Positions 1-11,239 are shown, counted from the first letter of the stretch. The stretch: DNA of 64,000 nucleotides from a virus (IMGVR_UViG_3300044695_004869); one strand, 5' to 3'. A program made the numbers and translations. Notes: generated by a model not told the origin, from the letters alone.

Positions 1-3000
1 TTCTAAAATTTTAGTGTTTAATGACTGTAAAAATTTATCTATCGCGGGAATACTATAAAATGGTTGTCTTTGACCCTCAAATTCAGTGTCAAAACCATTC
101 TCACTAATTCTATGTGTTACCTTTAAAATCATATAAGGACCACTAAACATAGGAACGTTTCTTAAATTAAAGTACATCATTGGTTGAATCATTGCATTCC
201 CTAACATATCAATGTTACACTTATAACTTCTATTTCTATAAAGGTTATATAATGAAACACTCTGTGTAGATTCACTTCTATTACGATTCAAGTTTGCCAT
301 TTGATTTAATACTTCCAACGACTCTGTTGTCGGCATACCAGGATCTTGAGAAATGTCAAACTGTTTGAATATTTGTTGGTTTTGAGGCCCTATGTCCACA
401 TTAAAACCAACGACTTTATTTGACTTATCCCAATCTGTTTTTCCATTTAGATTATCAAGTAAGGGATTGTCACTTGCCCTTCTTAAATCAAACGCATCAT
501 CCCTAAAACGATAATCCACATTATCATTTAATGCTAAATGTTCACTAGGTTTGTTAGCATATAAACATAAAAACTTTGAAGTTGTTTCTCTATAGTCCAA
601 ACTTAAAAATGTACCAAATAACGAATTAGCAAACTCTAAAGTTCCTTCGGGATTTGGTGTTGGGTTTTTACTTGCATCTTGCACATTATAAAAATTAGCG
701 TAAGCCGGTAAAGTAAAATATGTAAAATTATTTTCAGTTAAAATTGTGGTAACCATATCTAACATGGTGTTAGTATATTTACCATACTCTATTAAATCTT
801 TTACTTTAAAAATATCAGCATAGATTCTTTGACCAACATCCCTACTTGCTCTATCAAATAATAATATATCTTCAAATAATGTTTTTGTTTTATAATCATT
901 ACCCGAAATAAACTTATCGTTTATAGATTTAAATGTGTCCCAAAGCTCATATCTACTTTGTTCCCCCTGTAGATCAGATTTAACACTTGTTCTATCGGGA
1001 GTGACAATAATATTTGGTAATTTATTTCTTAATCTTGTTAACTCTAAATCAATAACGGTATCAATATAATCTTCATTTTTATTTAGATAATTATTCATTA
1101 GGGTATAAAATTCACTTCTCGTAATATTACTTTTTTTAAGTTTTTGAGTCGCATAAATTTTTATAATAGGAGCAAATTGTATCACATTCTTTTCATTAAA
1201 TTGTACGTCTAAATCAATAAAGAAATCTGTTATATATGATCCGGTGTTTTTATATTGTAATTGTGGTATTTCTGAAAAACCAACATATGTCTCTAACGCC
1301 TTCCATGTTTGTGGGTTATTAGCCTTTGATTGAGCCAACGTAACAGGACTTAAAACCCCATTTGGTAATGTATTAGGTGACGATTGTTTATAACCTTGAT
1401 ATACATATGGGTCCTCAATGTATTTGTTGGAAAATGTATAAAATAATTTCTTATTAAAATTAGATGGGTTACCGTATTTCATTACAACCTCATAATTCAT
1501 AAACCCAGACAAATATGTTTTAAACGACTCAATTTGACCATTTTGTATTTCTTCTACAATTGTGTTATCAACTGTTGACGTTGGTGTTGGGACCTTCATC
1601 ATCATTCTCATTAACATTTGGAAATTTTTATACGACTTTTCACTCTCTGTTTCATCTTCCGTTATTGAGAGTATTAAAGTATCATAATCGTAAGCAGACC
1701 TACTAAAATTTAAAAATTCTATTTCTAAAATATCTAACGAATCTTTATCAAACGTTGTAAACATCTCATCCAATTTAGAATAATCACTATCGTTACCATT
1801 TATTGAGAAGTTTTCTTGTGTTGTCCCACTATTAAAAATTTGTTTAAGATAACTATCAGGATCCGGTGAAACCACTTTACTATTATTGTAATAACCATAA
1901 TTAGGGGCTTTCCAAAATAATCTAACAGAACCATTATACATTGCTGAGTTACCAATAACTTCTGTTGTTATGTTACCATTTATATTAAAACATTCATCTT
2001 TTGTTTGATTAATCAAACCCCCAAATGAAGGTAAAGGATAAACAAACGCATCATCAGTTGTTTTTACATAACAAGACCAAGGAGTTAAATTCAAAGATCT
2101 ATTATTAACAATTGGATCAAATCCATTTGGTCTATTAATAACCGATTCAGTTGTTTTAACCATAGATAATTTTGTATCTAACGCAGCCTGTATTTCTCCA
2201 CTAGTATAACCAATAGAATTTAAATTTGTAATAACAAAATTAATTACACCACCATTTTGTGTTTGATTAGGTGAAACATTATATAAACCAACCCCACCTG
2301 TTGTTCCATTTACTTGTGAATCAATTGTGGTTCCAAATTGTATTCCTGTACCAGAAATAACCATACCATTAATTATCTCATTAGAATTTATTGATAAGAT
2401 ATTTAATTGATTATTATTAACTATCTGACAAGTTCCATTAATTTGGAATGTCGAGTCAAATAAAGTTCTACCTTGATAGAATACGTTAAAGTCATCTATT
2501 GTTTTTGGGTAAAATCCATTATTTATTACGGTTTTTATATAGTTGTTGTTCCCAACCGTAGTATTTAAATTACCTTCTAAAATTATTTCTTGGGGGATGT
2601 TATTAATTGTAACATTATAAACCTTAGTTGTTGCACTATTAATTGGATCATAGTTATATGAATAGTTATAATCTTTCCACACATCCGTTAATATATCATT
2701 CCCCGTATCTACCCAAGTTTTATATCTATGCCAAAGTGACCCATATTTTAATACCCAAGCGTAAGGTAATTTATGTATCGCACCAAATTTTTTAATTGTT
2801 GACATTATGTAACTCAACTCATTCGTTGTGTTATTTGTGTCATCAACTAATTTATATCTTTCTTTTAGTGTTGCCAAAGGTAAACTATTTAAAAAAAGAT
2901 ATGCCGCCAATTTATATGGTGCAAGATCCGCCCCGTTATATCTAAAATTATAAACACCTTTTTGAATCGCATTTATAAAATAGGGGGTATTTAACATAGA

Positions 3001-5823
3001 TGTTGTCTGATCCGATAATAAATTACCGTTATAGTTTTTATAAAAAATATTTCCCTCAGTAATAAATTGATCTTTTATTTGTCTATTTTGATAAAACAAT
3101 TTTAAATTTGTTGTTATAACTGTTTGATTAAAAACACTATCAACATAATTAAAATTGGTAATTGGTTTTATAACCTGACCCTCATTAAAATTAACGATTG
3201 ATTTATTATTTAAATTATATTTTAATACATCTGAAGTTTTATACACGGATTGAGTATTTTGTAATATCGTTCCATTTGCCAAATAATTGTTATCCCATTT
3301 TAAATTTGTTAATGGATATAAATCACATATATCATATGTTTCGGGAACATTATCAACACCAAAATATTTTTCAACTAATTCACTATTTTCTAAACCAACA
3401 TTTGGTTGTGAAACACCATTATTTAATATTTTTCCATCTAAAAGTTCAAAAGGATTAATTGTTTCATTTTTAATATATGTCGTATTAAATTCACCTCTAA
3501 TGAAGTTTTGCCATGATTGACCCTCACCTTGATTAGATATATGTCTCAAAAACCCTAAATAAACTTGTGAGTTGATATTATACTCTTTTAATTTTTTAGT
3601 TAAAAATGGATTATCATCTCCCAATGCCTTTATAATATCTGTAACCTCAGCCTCCGCAGAATAAAAACTCATATTATAAATTTTACCTGAATCCCTACTC
3701 ATTAAACTATAAAAAGAATTCAACATTAATCTCTCATAAATCTCATAGAAAAATTTAACTTCTTCCGTATTTTGGAATACTTGGTTGTTAATCGGGAATT
3801 CAATCGCGTTAAAACTTAATCTATCGGGTCTTGTAAGTCCATTATTTGTATATTCAGGATCCGGTATTGGTAATTCTCTCTCCGTATATCCTTTTATAAA
3901 TTCTTCAACAAATTCAACTTCAGGCCATATTTCAGGAATAAACGCTTTTAATTTACTTGCCAACACAGGATCACCGGGATATTTTAATTCATATTTTTCT
4001 CCCCCATCATTTTTTGTATTTTCAACAATTAATTGAGGCCAAGGATAAATTGGTGTGCTCTCTACACCATCCCCTTTTATATCAACACTAGGTACTGTTG
4101 AGTTACTTCCAAATACCGCTTCTTTACGATACGGGTCTTCTCTTAAATTCCAAGCCTTAGTATGAACATCATCCATTAAACGTAAAAACGCTTCACCTTG
4201 AGCAAAAAATACCGCAAGAATATTTCTCATCGTTGGAGCAAATCCAATTCCCGTTGAGGTATCACTCATTTGATCGGCTAATTGTGTCGTTAAACTTTCT
4301 TCAATTGATTGTCTCGCAGTTTGATACTTTTGTTGAATTTTCTTTGTAAAATCCATAAAATACCCTTTTCCCTCAAATTGATAGTTTTTGTTCTTTTGGA
4401 ATTCTATTTTTAATGTTTTTGTAAATGCCGCAACTTCAGATGGATTACCAGGTAATTCTTTATTTGTTCTAATATAATATGTTTTATTTATATTGATATC
4501 ATCAAATTTTGCTTTAGTAATACAACTTTCTAAATCAATTTTATTTGGTATATAGTTTGGTTGATTTAAACCAAGTGTTTTATTTTTAGATAAAGCAAGA
4601 TTGAACTTTTTGATTATACCATTAAGTTCATTTAATGGTGCTGTTTGTTTTGCGGGATCATCTCTATATTCTTTTTTCCATTGATAAACATAGTCACCAC
4701 TATCTTTAAGGATATAAACATTAGTTTGATCTAAATATGTTTTTGCCCAAGAATCTGGGGTATAAAAAAATACATAACCCTCATATTCAGTTAATTGCGT
4801 TTCATAGTCATTCAAATCGTTTAATACATTTAAGTTAGTTTTTTTAAAACTATCTATAATGTTTTTAATAAATCTATCTAACCTATATTTTAATTGTTGT
4901 ATTGTTATTTCAGGAAAGTTATCATCAATTAAACCTTTTGATTTATATTCAGAGTATAACTCTTTCATTTTTTGATATCCCTCACTTGCAAAAGATTTTA
5001 CAACTGAGGTTGAATCATTAGTACTACTATTAGGTTTTGTTTGGTTTGTTGACACAATAGATTTATACATTAATGGAGTACCCATCATTGCTCCGTAACT
5101 AACGTGAGACATAATTGTATACTTATATGTCTTCATTTCTAATCTCACTCTAAAATTTCCTGTACTTGGATCAAAAGATGATCCGAATTTTTCTAACATT
5201 AATGGTAATCTAACCGCTTTACCCAAATATCCTTTTATTGTTAAATAAAATAATGGATATGGGAATTGGAAGAAAGCCGCGTAAGGAGAATTATTACCCC
5301 CCTCAAATAAAGATCTACCTTTAACATCCTCAAGGGTAATATCAATCGTAGGTACGAAATCTAACCCACAAGTATAGTTTATTTGTGTTATACCTAATAA
5401 CCCATTATCTACAGCACCAGGTACACCATTAGAAACTAAACTTTGACTAAAATAAAAATCATCAGGTTTATCAGGATTAACACTAACCGACTTTCTTGGT
5501 TGATTTACCCCCTCACCTTTTAATGTATTCTTACCCGTTAATTCATCTGACCATCCATTATCTAAAAACTTTTTAAAACCGGGGTTTAAGAAATTTATTT
5601 TTCCAACAGATATTGTTTTAACTGACTCGTTCAATGAAACCCCCAACGCTAACTTTGTTCTTGGTAGAACTGAGCATTCTAAATTTGCATAGAACACAAG
5701 ATTTTCGTGATCTATAAGTCGCTCTTTTGGTCTACCTTCTTCATCAATAACTTTGTTTGGATCAATAACTGATATGTTTTGGTAGTCAAATTCAACTAAT
5801 ATATTCTCTCCGTTATTTACCAT
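1..5823 (-). CDS. Very large baseplate hub protein (T4 gp27/Mu gp44-like), partial, runs off left edge (>1941 aa)
   Basis: Not in ORF track. ATG at 5823 overlaps the stop of the upstream gene. Frame hand-translated at both ends and at spot checks without stops: MVNNGENILVEFDYQNISVIDPNK... and ...RSYKCNIDMLGNAMIQPMMYFNLRNVPMFSGPYMILKVTHRISENGFDTEFEG. The latter resembles the hub/late-control-D C-terminal barrel. Lies in the baseplate cluster. Confidence 0.75.
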   Translation of the reverse strand, partial: MVNNGENILVEFDYQNISVIDPNKVIDEEGRPKERLIDHENLVFYANLECSVLPRTKLALGVSLNESVKTISVGKINFLNPGFKKFLDNGWSDELTGKNTLKGEGVNQPRKSVSVNPDKPDDFYFSQSLVSNGVPGAVDNGLLGITQINYTCGLDFVPTIDITLEDVKGRSLFEGGNNSPYAAFFQFPYPLFYLTIKGYLGKAVRLPLMLEKFGSSFDPSTGNFRVRLEMKTYKYTIMSHVSYGAMMGTPLMYKSIVSTNQTKPNSSTNDSTSVVKSFASEGYQKMKELYSEYKSKGLIDDNFPEITIQQLKYRLDRFIKNIIDSFKKTNLNVLNDLNDYETQLTEYEGYVFFYTPDSWAKTYLDQTNVYILKDSGDYVYQWKKEYRDDPAKQTAPLNELNGIIKKFNLALSKNKTLGLNQPNYIPNKIDLESCITKAKFDDININKTYYIRTNKELPGNPSEVAAFTKTLKIEFQKNKNYQFEGKGYFMDFTKKIQQKYQTARQSIEESLTTQLADQMSDTSTGIGFAPTMRNILAVFFAQGEAFLRLMDDVHTKAWNLREDPYRKEAVFGSNSTVPSVDIKGDGVESTPIYPWPQLIVENTKNDGGEKYELKYPGDPVLASKLKAFIPEIWPEVEFVEEFIKGYTERELPIPDPEYTNNGLTRPDRLSFNAIEFPINNQVFQNTEEVKFFYEIYERLMLNSFYSLMSRDSGKIYNMSFYSAEAEVTDIIKALGDDNPFLTKKLKEYNINSQVYLGFLRHISNQGEGQSWQNFIRGEFNTTYIKNETINPFELLDGKILNNGVSQPNVGLENSELVEKYFGVDNVPETYDICDLYPLTNLKWDNNYLANGTILQNTQSVYKTSDVLKYNLNNKSIVNFNEGQVIKPITNFNYVDSVFNQTVITTNLKLFYQNRQIKDQFITEGNIFYKNYNGNLLSDQTTSMLNTPYFINAIQKGVYNFRYNGADLAPYKLAAYLFLNSLPLATLKERYKLVDDTNNTTNELSYIMSTIKKFGAIHKLPYAWVLKYGSLWHRYKTWVDTGNDILTDVWKDYNYSYNYDPINSATTKVYNVTINNIPQEIILEGNLNTTVGNNNYIKTVINNGFYPKTIDDFNVFYQGRTLFDSTFQINGTCQIVNNNQLNILSINSNEIINGMVISGTGIQFGTTIDSQVNGTTGGVGLYNVSPNQTQNGGVINFVITNLNSIGYTSGEIQAALDTKLSMVKTTESVINRPNGFDPIVNNRSLNLTPWSCYVKTTDDAFVYPLPSFGGLINQTKDECFNINGNITTEVIGNSAMYNGSVRLFWKAPNYGYYNNSKVVSPDPDSYLKQIFNSGTTQENFSINGNDSDYSKLDEMFTTFDKDSLDILEIEFLNFSRSAYDYDTLILSITEDETESEKSYKNFQMLMRMMMKVPTPTSTVDNTIVEEIQNGQIESFKTYLSGFMNYEVVMKYGNPSNFNKKLFYTFSNKYIEDPYVYQGYKQSSPNTLPNGVLSPVTLAQSKANNPQTWKALETYVGFSEIPQLQYKNTGSYITDFFIDLDVQFNEKNVIQFAPIIKIYATQKLKKSNITRSEFYTLMNNYLNKNEDYIDTVIDLELTRLRNKLPNIIVTPDRTSVKSDLQGEQSRYELWDTFKSINDKFISGNDYKTKTLFEDILLFDRASRDVGQRIYADIFKVKDLIEYGKYTNTMLDMVTTILTENNFTYFTLPAYANFYNVQDASKNPTPNPEGTLEFANSLFGTFLSLDYRETTSKFLCLYANKPSEHLALNDNVDYRFRDDAFDLRRASDNPLLDNLNGKTDWDKSNKVVGFNVDIGPQNQQIFKQFDISQDPGMPTTESLEVLNQMANLNRNRSESTQSVSLYNLYRNRSYKCNIDMLGNAMIQPMMYFNLRNVPMFSGPYMILKVTHRISENGFDTEFEGQRQPFYSIPAIDKFLQSLNTKILE

Positions 5824-6136
5824 AATAGAATGTGTAATTGTCTAATTCGTTTTTATAATCCTGTAATGAAGTTAGTAATGGATACGGAATAGTCAATACA
5901 GCCCCATCAGGTATGTTAAACTCAAAACCCGTATATTGGGGGTTTGCTTGTAAGATTAACCAACCAAAAAATGGTGAATTGTAATGTTGTTGTGATACCT
6001 TATCCAATCTTGAAATTCCGACTTTATAGATATATCTTTTATCCGATGATTTTGAGGGTAAGTTAATATACGGAACAACGGTTTGTTCTCCGTTTATTAA
6101 GAATGGACTATATCTATTATAATACTGTAATTGCAT
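5813..6136 (-). CDS. Baseplate wedge protein, T4 gp53/P2 gpX LysM-like
   Basis: RLDKVSQQHYNSPFFGWLILQANP...IPDGAVLTIP pattern; position between tube initiator and hub. Confidence 0.7.
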   Translation of the reverse strand: MQLQYYNRYSPFLINGEQTVVPYINLPSKSSDKRYIYKVGISRLDKVSQQHYNSPFFGWLILQANPQYTGFEFNIPDGAVLTIPYPLLTSLQDYKNELDNYTFYYGK

Positions 6137-6138
6137 AA

Positions 6139-9100
6139 TTAATTAAATTTTACTTTACCATTGTATTTATCATCATTATTTAAATTTTGTTTAGAATATA
6201 ATTTTTTAATTCTATCAACTCCAGTCGCGTAGTTTGGTTCATTTTTATTTGTAGTATATCCAACTTTTGCTTCAAAAGGAAGTATTTCAAAACTTTGGAA
6301 CTTTTGATATTCGGGACTTGCCTCATAATCCGCAAAAATTTTGTCTTCATTATCTCTTTGTAATTTACATTTAATTTTATAAAAATCAAACCTAGCCTTT
6401 AAATCATTAACTAAATTTTCATATGGTTTTATTTTATCTAACGATGTTAAACTCTCAATAAAAGAATTGTATTTATTATCATCTAACATTATGTCTGACA
6501 TAACAATATAAAATCTTTGTTCTTCTTGTGTTGTAAATGACTTAAACCATTTATCCGGTAAGTTCCATAGATTTACGGGGGAAGGACTATATTCAATCGA
6601 TCCATTATTCATAATATAATTCGCGGACATTACATCAAAGAATTCTGTTATTGTTTTACCAACTTGGTTTGTATATACATCTAATATTGCGGTTGTAACC
6701 GTTGTTGCACTATCACCAGTTAAAGAATAAACTTTAGGTTCACCGCTTTCCAAAAGAATACCATCAAATTTTGATATAACAACATCCGTTTTTCTAAACG
6801 TATAATTAAAATTTTCTTGATAACTTGTTAAATCATTTATTGGTCCAATTATAACATTATTAATTTCAGCATTTCTTGTCCCTAAGATTTCTTCCATTTT
6901 ATTTTTAATTTGTCTTTGTTGCGCATTAGAAAATAAAGATTGTGGTTGGACAATTTCTTTAAGGACTGGCGACAATTCATTTTTACAATCTTTTACCGCC
7001 TGATCAACAATATCTTTTACTAATTTTTCAACACTGTCAGGTTTACCATAAATTTTTAATGGGGTACTGTTTTGAAATTCACTAATATTTCCATCAAAAT
7101 ATTTTCTTTTATAATTAACAAGTTGTAAAATACCATAATTACTTACATCTTTTATACTTTTTAATTGATTATAGATAGTTGAGAAAAATTCTTTGGTCCC
7201 TGTAGATAATTCAGAGATGAGGTTGTTATAATCAATCTCACCTGTCTCAATAGTTCCATCATCGTTTGCATTAGTACTTATAATTGTACCAACCGTTTGA
7301 CCACCTCTATTAGAAACCTCATTTGGTATTTGTGCAACAGTTAATGGTGCGGACCCATTTGAGATTAATTTGCCAACTATTTTCTCATCTCTTTCTGAAG
7401 TATCTTCAGTTGCAATTGCTCTTTCATCGTAGATTTCTGTGTTAGCATAATAATTAAATGATAATGCGTTTTGAAGTTGTTCTACCGGTCCCGCTAATCC
7501 ACTACCACCAATAAAATCAAAACCTAAACTAACTTTAGCAATCATAGGTTGTACTCCGATTCCCTCAGGGTTGATATCAAACACTAACGGATCATAAGTG
7601 ATACTAATACTGTTAGGTATAATTTTAGTATGGTAAAAGTCACCAATTCTTAAAACTAATACAGGTGGAGCACCAAATGATGTGTTTAACGCATCATTAT
7701 GTTTTGGTCTACCATCAGGTCCGATAACCGGAATTGTTTGACCCGGTCTCATACATTGATTTAAAAATGTTAATCTCGCATTTAAACCTTCAGGTGTTGT
7801 TGAGTGAAATGCCGGACTAAAATATTTTATTTTTTCCTTAATGGTATCATATACCATAGGATTAGTTTCTTTTATAACCTCAAAATAATCACACTCACTA
7901 AACAAATATCTTAATATTTTTTTAGAAATTCCTTCTTTAACTTTTTTAATAGGATCGGGTCTTCTAACAGGTTTTGGACCAGGAGGTGTTGGAGGTGTTG
8001 GTGGAGATGGTGGACCCGGAGGTGGAGGTGGTGGTGGTCCTGGAGGTGGTGATGGAGGTGGTGGTGGTCCCGGAGGTGGTGATGGAGGTTTAGGTACACT
8101 TGGTTCTATTCTTGCAATACGAACTCTCCTACAAGCCATTGCAGGTATTGAGTACCACTGAGCAATACTTGAATTATTAATATCACCTGATGTTGGATTT
8201 TCTGTTGGTGTCATCGTAATATTTTTTGTACAATCAACCTCTTCAAATATACTTCCATCTTTTTGTGGTATTGTTATTTCTTCCCCATTAAAATTTTCAA
8301 TAAAAGTTATTTTACCTTCACTTTCTAAAGTGGCAATAGTTTTATCACCAATTGTTTGATTCCTAAACCATTGTGTTACCGAATTTATTCTTCTTTTAGA
8401 AAGGTTTCTATTATAATTAATTTTAGCAGGAGCAGAAGCCGACCCTTGTAATTCTATTTTAACCGAACCATTTTTATCTACAATAATTTCTTTTAATTTA
8501 TTTAAAAAATCCGTTTGAATTGTCTGATAATTCCCAATAATTATATCATTATAGAATTTTTGTATAACACTTTTATTTTCGTACTTTTTAGTACCAACAT
8601 ATACATATTCAGGTGGGTTAGTTATATATTTAGTTCCTTTTACTGAAAGATACTGATTATACCAATAATCATATGGTTGACTCGCGGTAACCGCTTCACT
8701 ATATTGCCCTTCAGGATAATCATTATCAAAATAGAATGAATAATCTATAAACTTTTCAATACTTGTTATATCAACACTTTCTGTTTCATCCGTATTAATT
8801 GTATCATTATCTTCATTTTCAGGACCGGGTTCCGACCCATCACCACCTTCAGTATTACCATTACCATTAGTACCAATATTAGTTGACTTATCTTTACTAA
8901 TATTAGAATATATTGAACCCAACTCTTCCTCAGTTAATCTTGGTTCATTTAATAATTGTTGGTAAGTATATAACTCACTCGTCGGAATAGTATTAAACTT
9001 AGCCGCTAAATCATATATGTCGTATTTAACACATCCCGCAAAGAATGAATCAATAATTGAATCAACTTCTTTAGCCGGTCTATTCGCCAATTGTTTCTCA

Positions 9101-11217
9101 ATAATAGTATTCATAGCTGAAGGTGTATCAACAACTATCTTCCAACTTATACTACCACTTCTTGTTGTGTTAGCATAAGTATATATTGGTTCAGGTCTAC
9201 CCAAAAATTTAGTTGGGTTCCAAGATGCTCTAACATCTTCATTAAATGAAATATCATAAGGTGGGAACCACATTATTCTACCACCATTTGGTCCTTTCTC
9301 ACAAGTCGGTAAATCATCATAAGTATAACCAGGTTGATCCGAAGTTCTCCACGCTAAATTCTCTAAGGAGAACATATATTTCTTAACTTTACTATCAACA
9401 ATATTTGTTGATCCAGGGTTTCGTATCGGAGCGATGTTTAAATTATATGTATTATCAAGGACCGAATTATTAAATTTACGACCTGATTTTGTAATACCAT
9501 CAGTTTTTTGTAAGTCAGCATATGTTAAATAAGGTGTGTCTTTTTGGAACACACGACAATATTCTCTACCAACTTCTATACCATCAATCCCAATAACATC
9601 CTCACCCGTTGAACTATCATAATAAGCAATTACTTGAGATCCCTTTGTCATTTCTTTATATCCATCATTGAATACTTTAGAAACTTGGTTCATCGCATTA
9701 CCCGCGTGTTTTAATCTAGCCGCACCACCTACGTTATCAGCAGCATTAATAATTCTTTGGGTTTGATCTAATATTGACCCTCCTCTAAATTCAATATCAG
9801 TAGATAAATTTTGATTGTACGAATTTTGTATTTCATTAAATTCACCATCAATAATTTTAGGATCACCACCCGGTCCAACTTTCCATCCGGCATTTTCTTT
9901 ATACTTAGGGGATGTCCAAACAAATTTACCTGTTATACCCCCTTGATTAGAATATGACTCCGCTTGTAAACCAAAATTAATCTTACCTTCGTTTCCTTCA
10001 AATAGTTTTCCTAATTCTGAAGGACCATACACCAATGTTCCTTGTTGTACCCCAAGATAATTAACCGCAACTTGATTAGCAGGTTGTGTTATAAGTGATG
10101 GTTCCGCTTCTTCACTACCAACATAATACCCACCCCCACCGTTAGGTCCAACACCAAATAAATTGGATATCGCACTTGTAAATTGTTGTAGCGGTGGTTT
10201 ATCGTAATTTGGTCTGTATAAGTTGTATTCTAAACTCTTAAATAAAACAGATTGTTGTCCGTTACCGGTATTTGCTAAAAATATCTCTGAAGGATTTCTG
10301 AATTTATTCAACACACCACCTAAAGCACCTCCCGTTAAATTATTAACGGTGTTTAATGCATTTTCAGTTTGTGGTGAATACACAGGATCCGGATCATCAA
10401 AATAATCACCAGGGATAAATGAAACAGGGAAATATGTTCCCGTTAATCTATTAGCAAAACTAACAGCCGCTAATAATGGATTTTCAGGTACGGTAATCTT
10501 CCAATTCTTCGTAAAGAATGGTTGTTGTCCCGTGGCTAGCATTGATGCACTAAAAGGATCTTGTAAACTACTTAAATTAGCACTACCTAAAGTAATTTGA
10601 TAAAACTCTTGAGCAATTCTTTCTTCAAAATATTCCCTTAAATAAAGTGCTCCTGTTTTAGCAATATATGAATCCTGAGACAAGGTACCATTATCCCCAC
10701 TTGGATTATCTGAGAATAATATAGCGTATGGTGTGTAAGTTGATGGAATAAAATTAGTGGGTACCCCATCAAAATATGGTAAATAATAATGAGTTGATAA
10801 TTGTACATCAGTAATAATAACCAAATCTTTATACCCACCTTCGGGTCCATATATATTTGTAACGTAAGCAGCATCAATATAAAATTCATTGATGAGGTCT
10901 AAAACTGTATCCGTTGGGTCATAAGGACCTTCATTTGCCGGTACAGGGACTAAATTCCCGATACTATATTTTCCTTGGAATCCTCCGTCAGGACCCCATT
11001 GATTTAGAGGATATAAATTGTTTGATAATTGGTTTGTTGAAATTAAATTGTCAGGAGAATCAATTACATTACTGTCATTCAACGGACTAACTTCATATGT
11101 TACATTTCCGGGTGGGGGAGTGTATACTCCTTGTACCTGATAGGGAGCTAAATTCCTAGCAATTAATGTATCTCTAAAAGATGACGATGATGCAAATGAT
11201 AAAACACTTTCTGGCAT
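6139..11217 (-). CDS. Baseplate/tail-tube initiator protein with two tube-fold domains, an OmpA-like peptidoglycan-binding domain and a polyproline linker
   Basis: FLGRPEPIYTYANTTRSGSISW and PPVLVLRIGDFYHTKII...MIAKVSLGFDFIGG (gp48/gp54-like); FYFDND...IELQGSASA...NLSKRRINSV (OmpA C-like); follows tape measure. Confidence 0.6.
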   Translation of the reverse strand: MPESVLSFASSSSFRDTLIARNLAPYQVQGVYTPPPGNVTYEVSPLNDSNVIDSPDNLISTNQLSNNLYPLNQWGPDGGFQGKYSIGNLVPVPANEGPYDPTDTVLDLINEFYIDAAYVTNIYGPEGGYKDLVIITDVQLSTHYYLPYFDGVPTNFIPSTYTPYAILFSDNPSGDNGTLSQDSYIAKTGALYLREYFEERIAQEFYQITLGSANLSSLQDPFSASMLATGQQPFFTKNWKITVPENPLLAAVSFANRLTGTYFPVSFIPGDYFDDPDPVYSPQTENALNTVNNLTGGALGGVLNKFRNPSEIFLANTGNGQQSVLFKSLEYNLYRPNYDKPPLQQFTSAISNLFGVGPNGGGGYYVGSEEAEPSLITQPANQVAVNYLGVQQGTLVYGPSELGKLFEGNEGKINFGLQAESYSNQGGITGKFVWTSPKYKENAGWKVGPGGDPKIIDGEFNEIQNSYNQNLSTDIEFRGGSILDQTQRIINAADNVGGAARLKHAGNAMNQVSKVFNDGYKEMTKGSQVIAYYDSSTGEDVIGIDGIEVGREYCRVFQKDTPYLTYADLQKTDGITKSGRKFNNSVLDNTYNLNIAPIRNPGSTNIVDSKVKKYMFSLENLAWRTSDQPGYTYDDLPTCEKGPNGGRIMWFPPYDISFNEDVRASWNPTKFLGRPEPIYTYANTTRSGSISWKIVVDTPSAMNTIIEKQLANRPAKEVDSIIDSFFAGCVKYDIYDLAAKFNTIPTSELYTYQQLLNEPRLTEEELGSIYSNISKDKSTNIGTNGNGNTEGGDGSEPGPENEDNDTINTDETESVDITSIEKFIDYSFYFDNDYPEGQYSEAVTASQPYDYWYNQYLSVKGTKYITNPPEYVYVGTKKYENKSVIQKFYNDIIIGNYQTIQTDFLNKLKEIIVDKNGSVKIELQGSASAPAKINYNRNLSKRRINSVTQWFRNQTIGDKTIATLESEGKITFIENFNGEEITIPQKDGSIFEEVDCTKNITMTPTENPTSGDINNSSIAQWYSIPAMACRRVRIARIEPSVPKPPSPPPGPPPPPSPPPGPPPPPPPGPPSPPTPPTPPGPKPVRRPDPIKKVKEGISKKILRYLFSECDYFEVIKETNPMVYDTIKEKIKYFSPAFHSTTPEGLNARLTFLNQCMRPGQTIPVIGPDGRPKHNDALNTSFGAPPVLVLRIGDFYHTKIIPNSISITYDPLVFDINPEGIGVQPMIAKVSLGFDFIGGSGLAGPVEQLQNALSFNYYANTEIYDERAIATEDTSERDEKIVGKLISNGSAPLTVAQIPNEVSNRGGQTVGTIISTNANDDGTIETGEIDYNNLISELSTGTKEFFSTIYNQLKSIKDVSNYGILQLVNYKRKYFDGNISEFQNSTPLKIYGKPDSVEKLVKDIVDQAVKDCKNELSPVLKEIVQPQSLFSNAQQRQIKNKMEEILGTRNAEINNVIIGPINDLTSYQENFNYTFRKTDVVISKFDGILLESGEPKVYSLTGDSATTVTTAILDVYTNQVGKTITEFFDVMSANYIMNNGSIEYSPSPVNLWNLPDKWFKSFTTQEEQRFYIVMSDIMLDDNKYNSFIESLTSLDKIKPYENLVNDLKARFDFYKIKCKLQRDNEDKIFADYEASPEYQKFQSFEILPFEAKVGYTTNKNEPNYATGVDRIKKLYSKQNLNNDDKYNGKVKFN

Positions 11218-11231
11218 TTTTTTACTTTATC

Positions 11232-11239
11232 TATAAATA
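11232..11239 (-). promoter_or_regulatory. TATTTAT motif (representative; about 15 copies upstream of operon-lead genes), candidate phage late promoter
   Basis: Coding-strand TATTTATN near starts at 11232, 13129, 14673, 19003, 19047(+), 21276(+), 21284, 24063(+), 24907(+), 26016(+), 30363, 39005, 48461, 49524, 50798, 53843. Confidence 0.6.

Noticed and set aside
3198-4036. Short plus-strand ORFs, implying 1-5800 is mostly non-coding
   Set aside because: They lie antisense to the unlisted hub ORF 1..5823, which runs off the window edge
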